Below are positions 20,181-31,146 of a DNA stretch of 64,000 nt, one piece after another (position 1 is the stretch's first letter; every line of letters starts with the position of its first letter). Under the pieces are notes generated by a model. That model searched no databases. It had not been told where the DNA came from and was given only the letters and a program-made list of their open reading frames with translations. The stretch covers positions 576,001 to 640,000 of the forward strand of contig OZ244799.1 of the NCBI GenBank assembly GCA_965219955.1, read 5' to 3'. The position numbers and the translations under genes were made by a program. The DNA is from a bacterium (lineage in GTDB: Bacteria; UBA8248).

Positions 20181-22034
20181 ATGAAACAGGGCTTCTCTCG
20201 TCGTTTGATGGTTTGCGGCTCCTTGGTGGTTTTCGGGTTCTGCATGTTGGGCGTCAAGCTCTCCATCATCCAGATCCGTGACCGGGACCACCTCGTAGCC
20301 TATGCGGAGCGCCAGCTGCGCCGCACGCTCGTGGTACGCCCCAGGCGCGGAGACGTCGTGGACGCGAGGGGCAGGCCCCTGGCGGTGAGCATCAACGCGC
20401 CCTCTCTTTTCGCCAACGCCAGGGTGGTGGCCGACCCCGGGAGCACGTCGCTGGCGCTCAAGGAAATTCTGGGCGGCTCGGCGGAAGAGTATTTCGAGAA
20501 ATTAAGCGACCGCCGAAGTTATGTATGGCTCAAGCGGAAGATCAATCCCGATCAACAGCGAAAAATCGAAAAACTGGGGATCGACGGCCTCGGCTTCGTC
20601 ACCGAAAGCAGGCGGTTTTATCCCAAGCGTGAGCTCGCGTCATCACTGGTCGGCTTCGTCGGCGTGGACGATGCGGGCATGTACGGCGTGGAGCAATCCT
20701 ACCAGGAGCACATGGGGGGGCGCGTGGGCCGCATCCGCATACAGCGCGACGCGAAGGGGAGGCCGGCTCATCCCGAATCAAGGGTGCTCGTGCCGGCGCG
20801 TCCGGGCGCGGACGTCCGCCTCACCATCGATGAGGTGCTTCAGCACATCGTCGAAAAAGAGTTGAGCGCCCAGGTCCGCCGCGTCGGCGCGCGGCGCGCC
20901 ATCGGGGTGATGGTCGAGCCTCGCAGCGGAAGAATTCTGGCCCTGGCGTCCGTGCCGGGGTTTAATCCCAATACATACAAACTCTACGGCGCATCCCTCT
21001 GGAAAGAGCCCGCCATCCAGGAATTCTACGAGCCCGGCTCGACGTTCAAGATCGTCACGGCGGCGGCATATCTGGCCGCGGGCGAATCGCTCTCGAAAAA
21101 GTATTTTGCCGAAAACGGCTCCTATCGGTACGAAAGGGGGCGCCACACCCTCCGGGATCATAAAAAATACGGCTGGCTCACCGCCGAAGAGGTGATAATG
21201 AAATCATCGAACATCGGCGCGTTCAAGATGGCGCGTGATATCGGCAAGCACCAGCTCCACTTCATGGCGCAACGCTTCGGCTTTGGCCGCAAGACGAGGA
21301 TCAGTTTCCCCGGAGAAGCCAGGGGCGTGCTCCGCTCGCCTGAGAAATGGTCGAAAACCTCGTTGGCTGCGGTAGCCATCGGTCAGGAAGTGGGCGTCAC
21401 TCCGCTTCAGATGGTGATGGCCGTGGCGGCGGTGGCGAACGGCGGCCGGATGCCCAGGCCCGTTCTGCACGATTCCATCGAGCGCGACGGCAAGAAGGCG
21501 CTCGCGGCCCAGGGGCCGCAGTTCAGGCGCGTTCTCTCACGCCCCGTGGCGGAGCGTCTCGGCGCCTTGATGAGAAAGGTCGTGGCCGAGGGTACGGGGA
21601 GGAAGGCCGAGATTCCGGGCTATGGAGCCGCCGGGAAAACGGGCACGGCGCAGAAGGCCCTGCCGGGCCGGCGAGGGTACAGCCGGTCGAAATTCATCAT
21701 GTCGTTCGTGGGTTTCGCTCCCTACGAGAACCCCCGCTTCGCCCTCATCGTCATCTTCGATGAGGGCAAGGCGCCCGGAGGCGCGTGGGGGGGCACGGTC
21801 GCGGCGCCGGTTTGGCGGCGAATCGCCTGGCAGGCGCTGCGCTACATGCGCGTGCCTCCGCAGGGAGCCAGGGTCCTGCAGGTGGCGGATTCACGCCCCC
21901 GGGTTCGCGCTGGGGCCGATCCGGAGAACGGGGATCGAACGATGGGCAAGAAGGTTCTGGACGCCGCAAGGCAGGTGCGCCGCTATCTGCACGGCGACCG
22001 GGCGCAGGCGGCTTCATGGGATGCGACGCGTTGA
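20181..22034 (+). CDS. ftsI: Peptidoglycan D,D-transpeptidase FtsI (PBP3)
   Basis: RG.V.D, R.YP, EPGSTFK, SSN, KTGTAQ. Confidence 0.93.
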   Translation: MKQGFSRRLMVCGSLVVFGFCMLGVKLSIIQIRDRDHLVAYAERQLRRTLVVRPRRGDVVDARGRPLAVSINAPSLFANARVVADPGSTSLALKEILGGSAEEYFEKLSDRRSYVWLKRKINPDQQRKIEKLGIDGLGFVTESRRFYPKRELASSLVGFVGVDDAGMYGVEQSYQEHMGGRVGRIRIQRDAKGRPAHPESRVLVPARPGADVRLTIDEVLQHIVEKELSAQVRRVGARRAIGVMVEPRSGRILALASVPGFNPNTYKLYGASLWKEPAIQEFYEPGSTFKIVTAAAYLAAGESLSKKYFAENGSYRYERGRHTLRDHKKYGWLTAEEVIMKSSNIGAFKMARDIGKHQLHFMAQRFGFGRKTRISFPGEARGVLRSPEKWSKTSLAAVAIGQEVGVTPLQMVMAVAAVANGGRMPRPVLHDSIERDGKKALAAQGPQFRRVLSRPVAERLGALMRKVVAEGTGRKAEIPGYGAAGKTGTAQKALPGRRGYSRSKFIMSFVGFAPYENPRFALIVIFDEGKAPGGAWGGTVAAPVWRRIAWQALRYMRVPPQGARVLQVADSRPRVRAGADPENGDRTMGKKVLDAARQVRRYLHGDRAQAASWDATR

Positions 22035-22042
22035 GCGGGGTG

Positions 22043-23539
22043 ATGGCTGTGGGTGAGATAAGCGCCTCATTCGAGGAATTGACACGGGCCGTGCCCGGTG
22101 AGAGAGCCGCGGGAGATTTTTCCGCGCAAATCACCGGCGTGGCATACGATTCGCGCCTCGTCCGCTCGGGCGACGTCTTCGTCGCGGTCGCGGGTTTCCA
22201 GGCGGATGGGCATGATTTCGCCAGGGACGCGGTAGATGGGGGCGCGGCCGCACTCGTCGTGGAGAGGAAGATAGAGGGCATCTCCCCCGAGGTGCCGCAG
22301 TTCGTCGCGCCTTCCGGCCGCGAGGCCTTATCGCGCGTCGGCGATGCGTTCTACGGGCATCCCTCCGGAGAGCTGGCGCTCATCGGCGTCACCGGCACGA
22401 ACGGAAAGACGACCACCGCCTTTCTCATCGACGCGATCCTCCGCTCTGCGGGCAGGCGCACCGGCCTGATGGGGACGATCCATTACCGCGTGGGCGATGA
22501 GGTGTACGAGGAGCCGCGCACCACGTCGGAAGGCCCCGACCTTCAGCGGTATCTGCGCCGCATGGCGGACGCCGGCGCTTCCCACGCCGTGATGGAAGTC
22601 TCGAGCCACGGACTGGCCCTGGACAGATTGTGCGGCTGCGAGTTCCAGGCGGCGGTTTTCAGCAATCTCACGCAGGACCATCTCGATTTTCATGGCGACA
22701 TGGAGGCTTACTTTCAGGCGAAACGGAAGCTGTTCAAAGAGTTTTCGCCCGCGAACTCCATCGTCAACATCGATGACGCCTACGGGAGGCGAATCGCCGC
22801 GGAAGCGAGGGGACGCGTCTGGACGTACGCCCTGGATGCCGGGGCGGACCTCGGCGTGGAGAGCCTCTCGAACTCATCTGCGGGCATGCGTTTCCAGATG
22901 GTGACGCCCGCCGGCGGGGTGAGGGTCGAAACGGCGCTCATCGGCCGCCACAACCTGAGCAACATACTGGCCGCGTCGGCGGCGTGTCTCTCACAAGGCC
23001 TGACGCCCGAAGAAGTGGCGGCGGGGGTCGCGTCTCTGGAGAACATCCCCGGGCGCTTCGAGAAGGTCGACATGGGCCAGCCCTTTCTGGTGGTGGTGGA
23101 TTACGCGCACACCGAGGACGCCCTCGCCCGCGTGCTGGAGTTCGCCCGGCCCGTCACGGAAAGGCGAATTCTCACCCTCATGGGCTGCGGGGGCGACAGG
23201 GACAGGAAAAAGCGGCCCCTCATGGCCGCCGCCGCCCTGCGGGCGAGCGACTACGTGGTGATGACGTCGGACAATCCGCGAACCGAAGACCCCGCGTCGA
23301 TCCTGAGAGAAGTCGAATCCGGCGCCGCTCTCGCGCCCGGGAGCGACGGGCGCTGGCGCAGCATTCTGGACAGGCGCGAGGCGATTCGGGCCATCGTCGC
23401 CGAGGCGCGCGAGGGAGACGCCGTGATCATCGCGGGCAAGGGGCACGAGACGTATCAGATTCTGGGCGCCGAGCGCACCGCGTTCGACGATCGCGAAGAG
23501 GCCCGCGCGGCGCTGCGCCTCGCGGGATACGGGAAATGA
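22043..23539 (+). CDS. murE: UDP-MurNAc-tripeptide synthetase (meso-DAP type)
   Basis: GTNGKTT, MEVSSH, DHLDFH, DYAHT, DNPR, GKGHE; start approximate. Confidence 0.95.
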   Translation: MAVGEISASFEELTRAVPGERAAGDFSAQITGVAYDSRLVRSGDVFVAVAGFQADGHDFARDAVDGGAAALVVERKIEGISPEVPQFVAPSGREALSRVGDAFYGHPSGELALIGVTGTNGKTTTAFLIDAILRSAGRRTGLMGTIHYRVGDEVYEEPRTTSEGPDLQRYLRRMADAGASHAVMEVSSHGLALDRLCGCEFQAAVFSNLTQDHLDFHGDMEAYFQAKRKLFKEFSPANSIVNIDDAYGRRIAAEARGRVWTYALDAGADLGVESLSNSSAGMRFQMVTPAGGVRVETALIGRHNLSNILAASAACLSQGLTPEEVAAGVASLENIPGRFEKVDMGQPFLVVVDYAHTEDALARVLEFARPVTERRILTLMGCGGDRDRKKRPLMAAAALRASDYVVMTSDNPRTEDPASILREVESGAALAPGSDGRWRSILDRREAIRAIVAEAREGDAVIIAGKGHETYQILGAERTAFDDREEARAALRLAGYGK

Positions 23540-24951
23540 TAGGGGCGGAATCGATGGCGGCTGTTTTCAGCGCAGATGAAATCGCGGCGGCCGTGGATGG
23601 GAGGCTCATCCGCGGGGACGGCTCGGCCCACGCCGCGGGCGTGAGCACGGATACGCGCACGCTGGAAGCGGGCGAGCTGTTCATCGCGCTCAAGGGTCCC
23701 AACTTCGACGGGGCGGAGTTCCTCGCCCAGGCGATTGAGAAAAAAGCGGCGGGCGTCGTCGTGGAGCAAGGCGCGGATGCGCCGGACGGGGATGCGGCTT
23801 TCGTCGTCGAGGCTGCGGACACGCTGCGGGCGTTGGGCGATCTGGCGCGCGCGCACCGCAACCGTTTCGAGATTCCTGTCGTAGGGGTGACCGGCAGCAA
23901 CGGGAAGACGACGACGAAGGAGATGATAGCGGCGCTGCTCTCCAGAAGAGGCGAGACGTGCAAGAGCGAGGGGAACCTGAACAACCTGGTAGGTCTCCCG
24001 CACCAGGTTCTCCGACTGAGCGAGGAGCATGAGAGCGCCGTATTCGAGATGGGGATGAGCGAGGCCGGTGAAATCAGCAGGCTCGCCGAGATCGCCCGGC
24101 CCCGGATCGCCGTCATCACGAACGTCGGGCCCGCGCACATCGAGGGACTGGGCAGCGTGGAGGCGGTGCGTGATGCGAAGGGCGAGATACTCGAAGCGCT
24201 GCCCCCGGACGGCGTGGCCGTGCTCTCGAACGAGGATCCCCACAGCCGCGTCCTGGCCGGGAGATACGAGTCGAGGGGCGGGCGCGTGATTCGCTTCGGT
24301 TTTTCGCGGGAAAGCGACTTCCGGGCGGATGGAATTCACATCACCACGGGCGGCGCGCGCTTTACGCTCCGCAGCCCCGATGGCGAGAGCGAGATTCGAA
24401 TCGAGGCGCTCGGGCGGCACAACGTCCTGAACGCGCTGGCCGCCGCGGCTTGCGCGTCCGCGCTGGGCGTCGGTTTGGATGAGATGGCCGACGGGCTGTC
24501 GCGGGCCGTTCTTCCGAAAATGCGGTTGCAGGCGCGCGAGGTAACCGGCCGGCCGGGCGTGCGCCTGCTGGATGATTCCTACAACGCGAACCCCGAGTCC
24601 GTCGCGCAGGCGCTGGAGACCGCAAGCGTCCTCAGCGGCGACGGGCGGCTCATATCTGTTCTCGGCGATATGGCGGAGCTGGGGCCGCTCGCCGAGAGCG
24701 CGCACAGGGAGGTGGGCCGGAAGATAGCAGCTGTTGGCGTGGACCTGTTCGTGGGCGTGGGGCCTCTGATGAGGTTTGCGTCCGATGAGGCGCGCCGCGC
24801 AGGGATGGACGGCGCCCGGATCATGAATTTCGACACGCCGGAGGAGGCGGCTTCCTCGCTGCGCGATATGCTCCTCTCCGGCGACTGGATTTTGGTGAAA
24901 GGATCGCGTTCGATGATGATGGAGCGCGCCATTCAAGGACTCGAGAACTGA
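23536..24951 (+). CDS. murF: UDP-MurNAc-pentapeptide synthetase
   Basis: TGSNGKTTTKE, NN.VG.P, EMGM, DSYNANPES, LVKGSR. Confidence 0.95.
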   Translation: MIGAESMAAVFSADEIAAAVDGRLIRGDGSAHAAGVSTDTRTLEAGELFIALKGPNFDGAEFLAQAIEKKAAGVVVEQGADAPDGDAAFVVEAADTLRALGDLARAHRNRFEIPVVGVTGSNGKTTTKEMIAALLSRRGETCKSEGNLNNLVGLPHQVLRLSEEHESAVFEMGMSEAGEISRLAEIARPRIAVITNVGPAHIEGLGSVEAVRDAKGEILEALPPDGVAVLSNEDPHSRVLAGRYESRGGRVIRFGFSRESDFRADGIHITTGGARFTLRSPDGESEIRIEALGRHNVLNALAAAACASALGVGLDEMADGLSRAVLPKMRLQAREVTGRPGVRLLDDSYNANPESVAQALETASVLSGDGRLISVLGDMAELGPLAESAHREVGRKIAAVGVDLFVGVGPLMRFASDEARRAGMDGARIMNFDTPEEAASSLRDMLLSGDWILVKGSRSMMMERAIQGLEN

Positions 24952-26036
24952 TGCTGTATTCCGCTTTCATTTCTTTGAGCGAGACGGTTTCGGCGTTCAA
25001 CGTGTTTCGCTTCATCACGTTCCGGACGGCGATGGCGGTGCTCACCGCACTCGTGATGTCGCTGTTGTTGGGGCCCCGCCTCATTCGTTATCTGCAGGAG
25101 CGTCAGATCGGCGAAGTCATCCGCGACGATGGCCCCCAGAGCCATATGGCGAAAAAGGGAACGCCGACGATGGGGGGGCTGCTCATCCTCCTGTGCGTCA
25201 CGCTGCCGGTTCTGCTGTGGAACGACCTCGCGAACGGCTACATCTGGCTCGCCCTCTTCGTTCTGCTCGCCTACGGCCTGCTGGGCTTCTGGGATGACTA
25301 TACGAAGGTGGTGCTCCAGGACAAAAACGGCGTGAGGCCCTCCATGAAATTCCTGGCCCAGGGGATCATCGGCCTCGCCGTGGGGTACGCCCTATACAGC
25401 GGCTTGGTGGGATTGGATTTCAGGCCCGTCGTCATGCTTCCCTTTTTCAAGAACGTGCAACCCGACATCGGGGTTTGGTTCGTGCCCTATGCCGCCCTCG
25501 TTATCGTGTCGACGAGCAACGCCGTGAACCTCACGGATGGTCTCGATGGCCTCGCCATCGGCCCGTTGCTGATCGCGGCGGGCGCCTATCTCGTTTTCAG
25601 CTATGTCTCGGGCCATGCGGGCATCTCGAAGTATCTGCTGATCCTCCACGTTCGGGGCGCGGGAGAACTGGCCATCGTCTGCGGGGCCATGTTCGGCGCG
25701 GGGCTTGGATTCTTGTGGTTCAACGCGTATCCGGCGCAGGTCTTCATGGGCGACGTGGGCGCCCTTTCGCTGGGCGCCTTGCTGGCCACGGTGGCGCTGT
25801 CGATCAAGCAGGAACTCCTCCTGTTCCTGGTGGGTGGATTGTTCGTCCTGGAGACGCTCTCGGTCATCGTGCAGGTGGTCTCCTTCAAGCTCACCGGCCG
25901 GCGCGTGTTCCGCATGGCGCCGCTGCACCACCACTTCGAGGAGGAGGGCTGGTCCGAACCGAAGGTGACGGTCCGCTTCTGGATAGTGGCGGTCGTTTTG
26001 GCCCTGATGAGTTTGGCGACGCTGAAGCTGAGATGA
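24951..26036 (+). CDS. mraY: Phospho-MurNAc-pentapeptide transferase
   Basis: KKGTPTMGG, NAVNLTDGLDGL, FMGDVG, MAPLHHHFE. Confidence 0.97.
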   Translation: MLYSAFISLSETVSAFNVFRFITFRTAMAVLTALVMSLLLGPRLIRYLQERQIGEVIRDDGPQSHMAKKGTPTMGGLLILLCVTLPVLLWNDLANGYIWLALFVLLAYGLLGFWDDYTKVVLQDKNGVRPSMKFLAQGIIGLAVGYALYSGLVGLDFRPVVMLPFFKNVQPDIGVWFVPYAALVIVSTSNAVNLTDGLDGLAIGPLLIAAGAYLVFSYVSGHAGISKYLLILHVRGAGELAIVCGAMFGAGLGFLWFNAYPAQVFMGDVGALSLGALLATVALSIKQELLLFLVGGLFVLETLSVIVQVVSFKLTGRRVFRMAPLHHHFEEEGWSEPKVTVRFWIVAVVLALMSLATLKLR

Positions 26037-27430
26037 GGACTCTTGTTTTGGACAACAAGGCCACGGCGTGGATAGAAGCGCTGCCCGAGCGGCGGGCGCT
26101 GGTCATGGGAATGGCGAGGAGCGGGATTGCCGCCGCGGGGGCGTTGGCGCGCCTGGGCGCGAGGGTGGTGGCCACGGATTTGGAGGAGGTTCCGGGTCTG
26201 GGCGATCGCCTGCCACCGGGCGTGGTTTTCGAGCTCGGCGGCCACCGGGAGGCAAGTTTCGAGGCGTGCGACCTGCTGGTGGTGAGTCCGGGCATTCCGG
26301 CGACGAATCGCTACATCGCGCTGGCGAGGGCGTCGGGCGCCGAGGTGATCGGCGAGGTGGAACTCGCCTCCCGGCTTTGTTCCGCGCCCATCGCCGCCGT
26401 CACCGGAACGAACGGGAAGACGACGGTCACCACGATGCTCGGAAGGATTCTGGAAGAAAGCGGTTTTCGCGCGCCTGTGGGCGGGAACATCGGAAGAGCG
26501 CTCGTCGAGGTGGTCGAAGCCGAGGGTGATGAGGCCGATTTCGTCGTCGGCGAGGTGAGCAGCTTTCAACTCGAATGGGCGCCCACGATCAAGCCGAAAG
26601 TGGGCGTGATGACCAACGTGACGCCCGACCATCTGGATCGGCATCCCGATATCGATGCGTACGCGGACCTCAAGGCGAGGCTGTTCGCCAACCAGGGGGA
26701 GGGCGACGCGAAAATCCTGAACGCCGACGACCCGCTGACGGCGCGCTACATGACCGCAGGCCCGCAGAGCGTCCTGGCGTTCAGCCGGAAAGGGCGGATG
26801 CGCCGGGGCGCTTATGTAGAGGGTGGCGACGTGTTTTTGGCCGATGAGGCCGGCTCCACCCGCGTTTGCGGCGCAGACGAACTTCTGGTTCCCGGTCTCC
26901 ACAACCTGGAGAATTTTCTGGCCGCATGCGCGGCGGCGCGTTTCCTGGGTGCGGACGCGGAGGCGATGGCGCGCGTGGCGCGCGCCTTCGAGGGACTGCC
27001 CCACCGCATGGAGGTCGTCGGCGAGGCGGGGGGCGTCCGCTGGGTGAACGATTCGAAGGGAACGAACGTGGGCGCCGCGGCGATGAGCCTGGAGAGTCTG
27101 GCGGGGAACGTGCTCCTCATCGCCGGTGGCGTGGACAAGGGGAGCGACCTCGCGCCCTTGCGCGCCGGGGTGGAGAAGAAGGTCCGGCGCATGATTCTGA
27201 TCGGCGAGGCGGCGGAGCGCTTTGGCCGTTTTTTTGGTGGATGCGCGCCGATCGTCCACGCGAAGACGCTGGATGAGGCCGTGCGCATCGCGCACGCCGA
27301 AGCGCGGGAGGGCGATACGGTTCTCCTCTCGCCCGCCTGTTCGAGCTTCGATCAGTTTCGAGATTACGCCCACCGGGGCGATGCGTTTCGCGAGATGGCG
27401 CGGGGATTGACGGGGAGGGAAGAAACTTGA
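26033..27430 (+). CDS. murD: UDP-MurNAc-L-Ala:D-Glu ligase
   Basis: VSPGI, TGTNGKTT, GGNIG, EVSSFQLE, DHLDRH, NDSKGTN, LSPACSSFDQF. Confidence 0.96.
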   Translation: MRTLVLDNKATAWIEALPERRALVMGMARSGIAAAGALARLGARVVATDLEEVPGLGDRLPPGVVFELGGHREASFEACDLLVVSPGIPATNRYIALARASGAEVIGEVELASRLCSAPIAAVTGTNGKTTVTTMLGRILEESGFRAPVGGNIGRALVEVVEAEGDEADFVVGEVSSFQLEWAPTIKPKVGVMTNVTPDHLDRHPDIDAYADLKARLFANQGEGDAKILNADDPLTARYMTAGPQSVLAFSRKGRMRRGAYVEGGDVFLADEAGSTRVCGADELLVPGLHNLENFLAACAAARFLGADAEAMARVARAFEGLPHRMEVVGEAGGVRWVNDSKGTNVGAAAMSLESLAGNVLLIAGGVDKGSDLAPLRAGVEKKVRRMILIGEAAERFGRFFGGCAPIVHAKTLDEAVRIAHAEAREGDTVLLSPACSSFDQFRDYAHRGDAFREMARGLTGREET

Positions 27431-28614
27431 TCCACAAACGTATCGACCCCGTCATCTTTTTCGTCTCGCTGGGGCTGGTGGCTTTCGGAGTCGTCATGGT
27501 GTTCAGCGCGAGCCACATTCTGGCGCTGGACAGGTACGGCGATGCGTTCTACTTCGTGAAACGCCACGTTCTATGGGCCGTCCTCGGCTTCGCCTGCATG
27601 TTGGCCGTTTCCCGGACTGACCCCGGCCAACTCCGTAAAATCGCATTTCCCGTGATGATCGCCTCGGTTCTCGCGCTTTTGCTGGTGTTTGCGCCGGGCA
27701 TCGGAAAAGAGGCGGGCGGCGCGCGCCGGTGGCTGATGCTGGGTCCCTTCTCTTTCCAGCCGGCCGAAGCCGCAAAGCTGGGTTTGGTGATTTTTCTCGC
27801 GCACTTCCTGGCGCTCAAGGGCGAGCGCCTGAATCATTGGTTGTTCGGTTTTCTGCCGCCGGTCGGGTTCGCGGGAATCATTCTGGGGCTCATGCTGGTT
27901 CAGCCGGATCTGGGTACGGCCACCCTGACCGCCGCGGTCGTCGGCGTTTTGTTGTACCTGGCGGGCGCGCGGCCCTCCCACCTGAGAATTTGCGCGCTCA
28001 CGACGGGGTTCGTCCTCGTGGGCATGGTGGTATTCGCGCCATGGCGCATGAAGCGGATACTCGCCTTTTGGGACCCCTTCGCCGCGGCGAAAGGCGCGGG
28101 CTATCAGCTCATTCAGTCGCTGCTGGCCATTGCGCGAGGCGGTCTGGCGGGTCTCGGCCTGGGCGAGGGCAAGCAAAAGCTCTTCTATCTGCCCGAGCCC
28201 CACACGGATTTCATCTACGCGGTCGTGGGCGAGGAGTTGGGCCTTATCGGCGCCTTGTGCGTCGCGGCGGCGTTCGTGGTCTTGCTGTGGCGCGGCTTCC
28301 AGATAGCCGCGCGCTGCGAAGATTTCTTCAGCGCCCTCCTGGCGGCGGGCGTGACCTTTCTGGTCGTCGCGCAGGGTTTCCTGAACATGGCGGTGGCGAC
28401 GGGCCTGCTGCCCACGACGGGCATACCGCTGCCCCTGATCAGCCTGGGCGGCTCGTCCCTGGTGTTCACGCTCATCTCTCTGGGGTTGCTGATTTCCATC
28501 GAGTCATCGAACCACGCTTCCAGGCAGCCGGGACCGGGGAGTCCGATCGACGCGGCTGTCGGCTGGATTTCGCGCGCGCGCAAGCCGGCTTTACGCAGGA
28601 GGGCGAGCTCATGA
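27427..28614 (+). CDS. ftsW: SEDS peptidoglycan polymerase FtsW
   Basis: GARRW, FQPAE.AK, QPDLGT, LPEPHTDFI, LP.IS.GGSS. Confidence 0.95.
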   Translation: MIHKRIDPVIFFVSLGLVAFGVVMVFSASHILALDRYGDAFYFVKRHVLWAVLGFACMLAVSRTDPGQLRKIAFPVMIASVLALLLVFAPGIGKEAGGARRWLMLGPFSFQPAEAAKLGLVIFLAHFLALKGERLNHWLFGFLPPVGFAGIILGLMLVQPDLGTATLTAAVVGVLLYLAGARPSHLRICALTTGFVLVGMVVFAPWRMKRILAFWDPFAAAKGAGYQLIQSLLAIARGGLAGLGLGEGKQKLFYLPEPHTDFIYAVVGEELGLIGALCVAAAFVVLLWRGFQIAARCEDFFSALLAAGVTFLVVAQGFLNMAVATGLLPTTGIPLPLISLGGSSLVFTLISLGLLISIESSNHASRQPGPGSPIDAAVGWISRARKPALRRRASS

Positions 28615-29696
28615 GACTCCTCGTTGCGGGCGGCGGCACGGGCGGACACCTCTACCCGGGCATTGCGGTGGCCAGGGCCTGGCTGGCGGACGGGGAGGCG
28701 AACGAGGTCTTGTTCGTGGGCACCGCCCGCGGGATCGAGGCCAGGGTGCTGCCGCGCGAGAACCTTCCGTTTCAGGCGATTTCCTCCGCCGGGGTACTGG
28801 GGCGGTCGCTTGGCCAGAGTGCCAGGGCGATGGCCATGGTGAGTTATGGATTCTGCCAGGCGATGGGAATTATCCGGCGCTTTCGCCCCCACGTCGTTCT
28901 GGGGGTGGGCGGCTATTCGAGCGTCCCGTCCGTCGCTGCGGCGGGGCTTTGGAGAAAGCCGGTTGTCCTGATCGAGCAAAACGTCGTTCCCGGCCTGGCG
29001 AACCGCCTGCTGTCCCGCTTCGCTTCGAAGGTCGCCGTGGGCCTGCCCGTGCGCGACGCCGGCTTCGCCCGCGGGAAAATCGTCGAGACGGGCCTGCCGC
29101 TCAGGAGCGAGTTTTCCCAAAATTTCGAACGAGGGGAGGATTCCTGGAGCGGGCCTTTGAAGGTGCTCATATTCGGCGGGAGCCAGGGAGCGCGGGCCAT
29201 CAACGAGGCGGTGATGGAGGCGCTGCCCCTGATGGGCGATGCGCTCGAAAGAATGCGGTTCGTCCATCAGACGGGAGAGGCGGATTTCCCCCGCGTGCAG
29301 GCGGCCTACCAGGCAGTCGGCGCGCAAGCGGACGTGGCGCCTTATCTGTACGACATGGCGGAGCGCTACCGCTGGGCGCAGGTGTGCTTCTCGCGCGCGG
29401 GCGCGATGAGCGTGGCGGAATTGTCCGCGATGTCGCTTCCGGCCGTATTGATTCCGTTTCCAAGCGCCACCCACGGACACCAGGAGGCGAACGCCCGCTA
29501 TCTCGCGGAGCGCGAGGCGGCGCGGATGATACTTCAGGAAGACTTGAGCGGCCGGGTTCTGGCGGATATCTGGCTCGAATACGAGGCGGAGCGGAAAAAG
29601 CTCGTCTCCATGTCGGAGCGCACGAAATCCCTGGCCCGCGCGAACGCCTCCGAAGCGGTGGCCGCCTTGTGCCGTCAGCAGGCGATGGCGGCGTGA
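28611..29696 (+). CDS. murG: Lipid II N-acetylglucosaminyltransferase
   Basis: GGGTGGHLYP, GGY.S, EQN..PG..N, GGSQGA, HQ..NA. Confidence 0.96.
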   Translation: MRLLVAGGGTGGHLYPGIAVARAWLADGEANEVLFVGTARGIEARVLPRENLPFQAISSAGVLGRSLGQSARAMAMVSYGFCQAMGIIRRFRPHVVLGVGGYSSVPSVAAAGLWRKPVVLIEQNVVPGLANRLLSRFASKVAVGLPVRDAGFARGKIVETGLPLRSEFSQNFERGEDSWSGPLKVLIFGGSQGARAINEAVMEALPLMGDALERMRFVHQTGEADFPRVQAAYQAVGAQADVAPYLYDMAERYRWAQVCFSRAGAMSVAELSAMSLPAVLIPFPSATHGHQEANARYLAEREAARMILQEDLSGRVLADIWLEYEAERKKLVSMSERTKSLARANASEAVAALCRQQAMAA

Positions 29697-29715
29697 TGAG
29701 GAAAGGAGCCCGGGA

Positions 29716-31146
29716 ATGATAGCACGGCCATACGCCACGCACGCCATGTTCAGGCACTCGAGCCGCGTTCATTTCGTGGGCATCGGCGGGACGGGCATGT
29801 GCGGCATCGCCGAGGTTTTGCTGAACCTGGGCTATGAGATCAGCGGCTCGGACATCGCGAGCAACGAGGCGATTTTCAGGCTTCGCGGCCTGGGCGCGAA
29901 GGTCGTGCTGGGACACAGGAAGGAAAACGTGGCGGGCGTGGACGTTCTGGTCTACAGCTCGGCGGTTACGGGCGACAACGTGGAAGTCGCCGAAGCGCGG
30001 CGGCGGAAAATCCCCGTCATCAAGCGCGCGGAGATGCTCTCCGAACTCATGCGGATGAAATACAGCATCGGCGTTGCGGGGACGCACGGCAAGACGACCA
30101 CCACGTCGTTCATCGCGGCCGCCATGGCGGCGGGCGGCCTCGACCCCACGGTCGTCGTGGGCGGACGCATCAACGCCCTGGGTTCGAACGCGCGGATGGG
30201 CGAGGGCCAGTATCTGGTGGCGGAGGCCGATGAGAGCGACGGCACGTTCCTGAGGCTCACCCCCACCATAGCGATCGTCACGAACATCGACGAGGAGCAT
30301 CTGGATTTCTATGAGAATTACGACGCCATCAAGACCGCGTTCCTGGAGTTCGTGAACAAGGTGCCCTTCTACGGCTTTTCGGTCTTGTGCCTGGATCATC
30401 CCGCGGTTCAGGAGATTATTCCCCACGTGGAGAAGCAGTATTTCACCTATGGGTTCGGCACGCAGGCGGACTACGTGGGCGAGGAGTTCCGCTACGAAAA
30501 CGGCGAGGCGGTCTTCGGCGTCAAGCGAGGCGGGGAGCGCCTCGGCGATATTCGCCTCCTCATGCCCGGCCGCCACAACGCGGACAACGCCCTGGCCGCC
30601 GCCGCCGTCTCGATGGAACTCGACGTCTCGTTCGCGGACATTCAAAGAGGACTCCACGAGTTCGACGGCATCGGGCGCCGCCTCGAGCGGGTCGGCCAGG
30701 CGTCGGGCGTCACGGTTTTCGACGACTACGGACATCACCCGCAGGAAATCAAGGTCACGCTCCGGGCGGTTCGCGAGGCATGGCCGGAGAACCGTCTGGT
30801 GGTCTTGTTCCAGCCGCATCGCTACACGAGAACGCATCATCTCGAAGAAGCCTTCTTCACCTCTTTTTACGACGCCGACAGGGCGCTCGTCGCGCCCATA
30901 TACGCCGCGGGCGAGGCGCCAATCGAAGGCGTGAGCGCAGAAAAGCTCGCCGAGGGGATCAGGGCGCACGGCCACAGGAGTTGCGATGCAGTGGACGGCC
31001 TGGAGGATGCTTCGAAACGCCTGTTCGAGGAGGCGAGGAGCGGCGACATCGTTCTCACGCTGGGCGCGGGCGACGTCTGGAAGGTGGGCCGGGACCTGCT
31101 CGGAAGACTCGAACTCAGAGAAGGCGAATCAGAGGAAGCGGTATGA
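29716..31146 (+). CDS. murC: UDP-MurNAc:L-Ala ligase
   Basis: HFVGIGGTGM, GTHGKTTT, EADESD, DDYGHHP, FQPHRY; the start may be 29746. Confidence 0.96.
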   Translation: MIARPYATHAMFRHSSRVHFVGIGGTGMCGIAEVLLNLGYEISGSDIASNEAIFRLRGLGAKVVLGHRKENVAGVDVLVYSSAVTGDNVEVAEARRRKIPVIKRAEMLSELMRMKYSIGVAGTHGKTTTTSFIAAAMAAGGLDPTVVVGGRINALGSNARMGEGQYLVAEADESDGTFLRLTPTIAIVTNIDEEHLDFYENYDAIKTAFLEFVNKVPFYGFSVLCLDHPAVQEIIPHVEKQYFTYGFGTQADYVGEEFRYENGEAVFGVKRGGERLGDIRLLMPGRHNADNALAAAAVSMELDVSFADIQRGLHEFDGIGRRLERVGQASGVTVFDDYGHHPQEIKVTLRAVREAWPENRLVVLFQPHRYTRTHHLEEAFFTSFYDADRALVAPIYAAGEAPIEGVSAEKLAEGIRAHGHRSCDAVDGLEDASKRLFEEARSGDIVLTLGAGDVWKVGRDLLGRLELREGESEEAV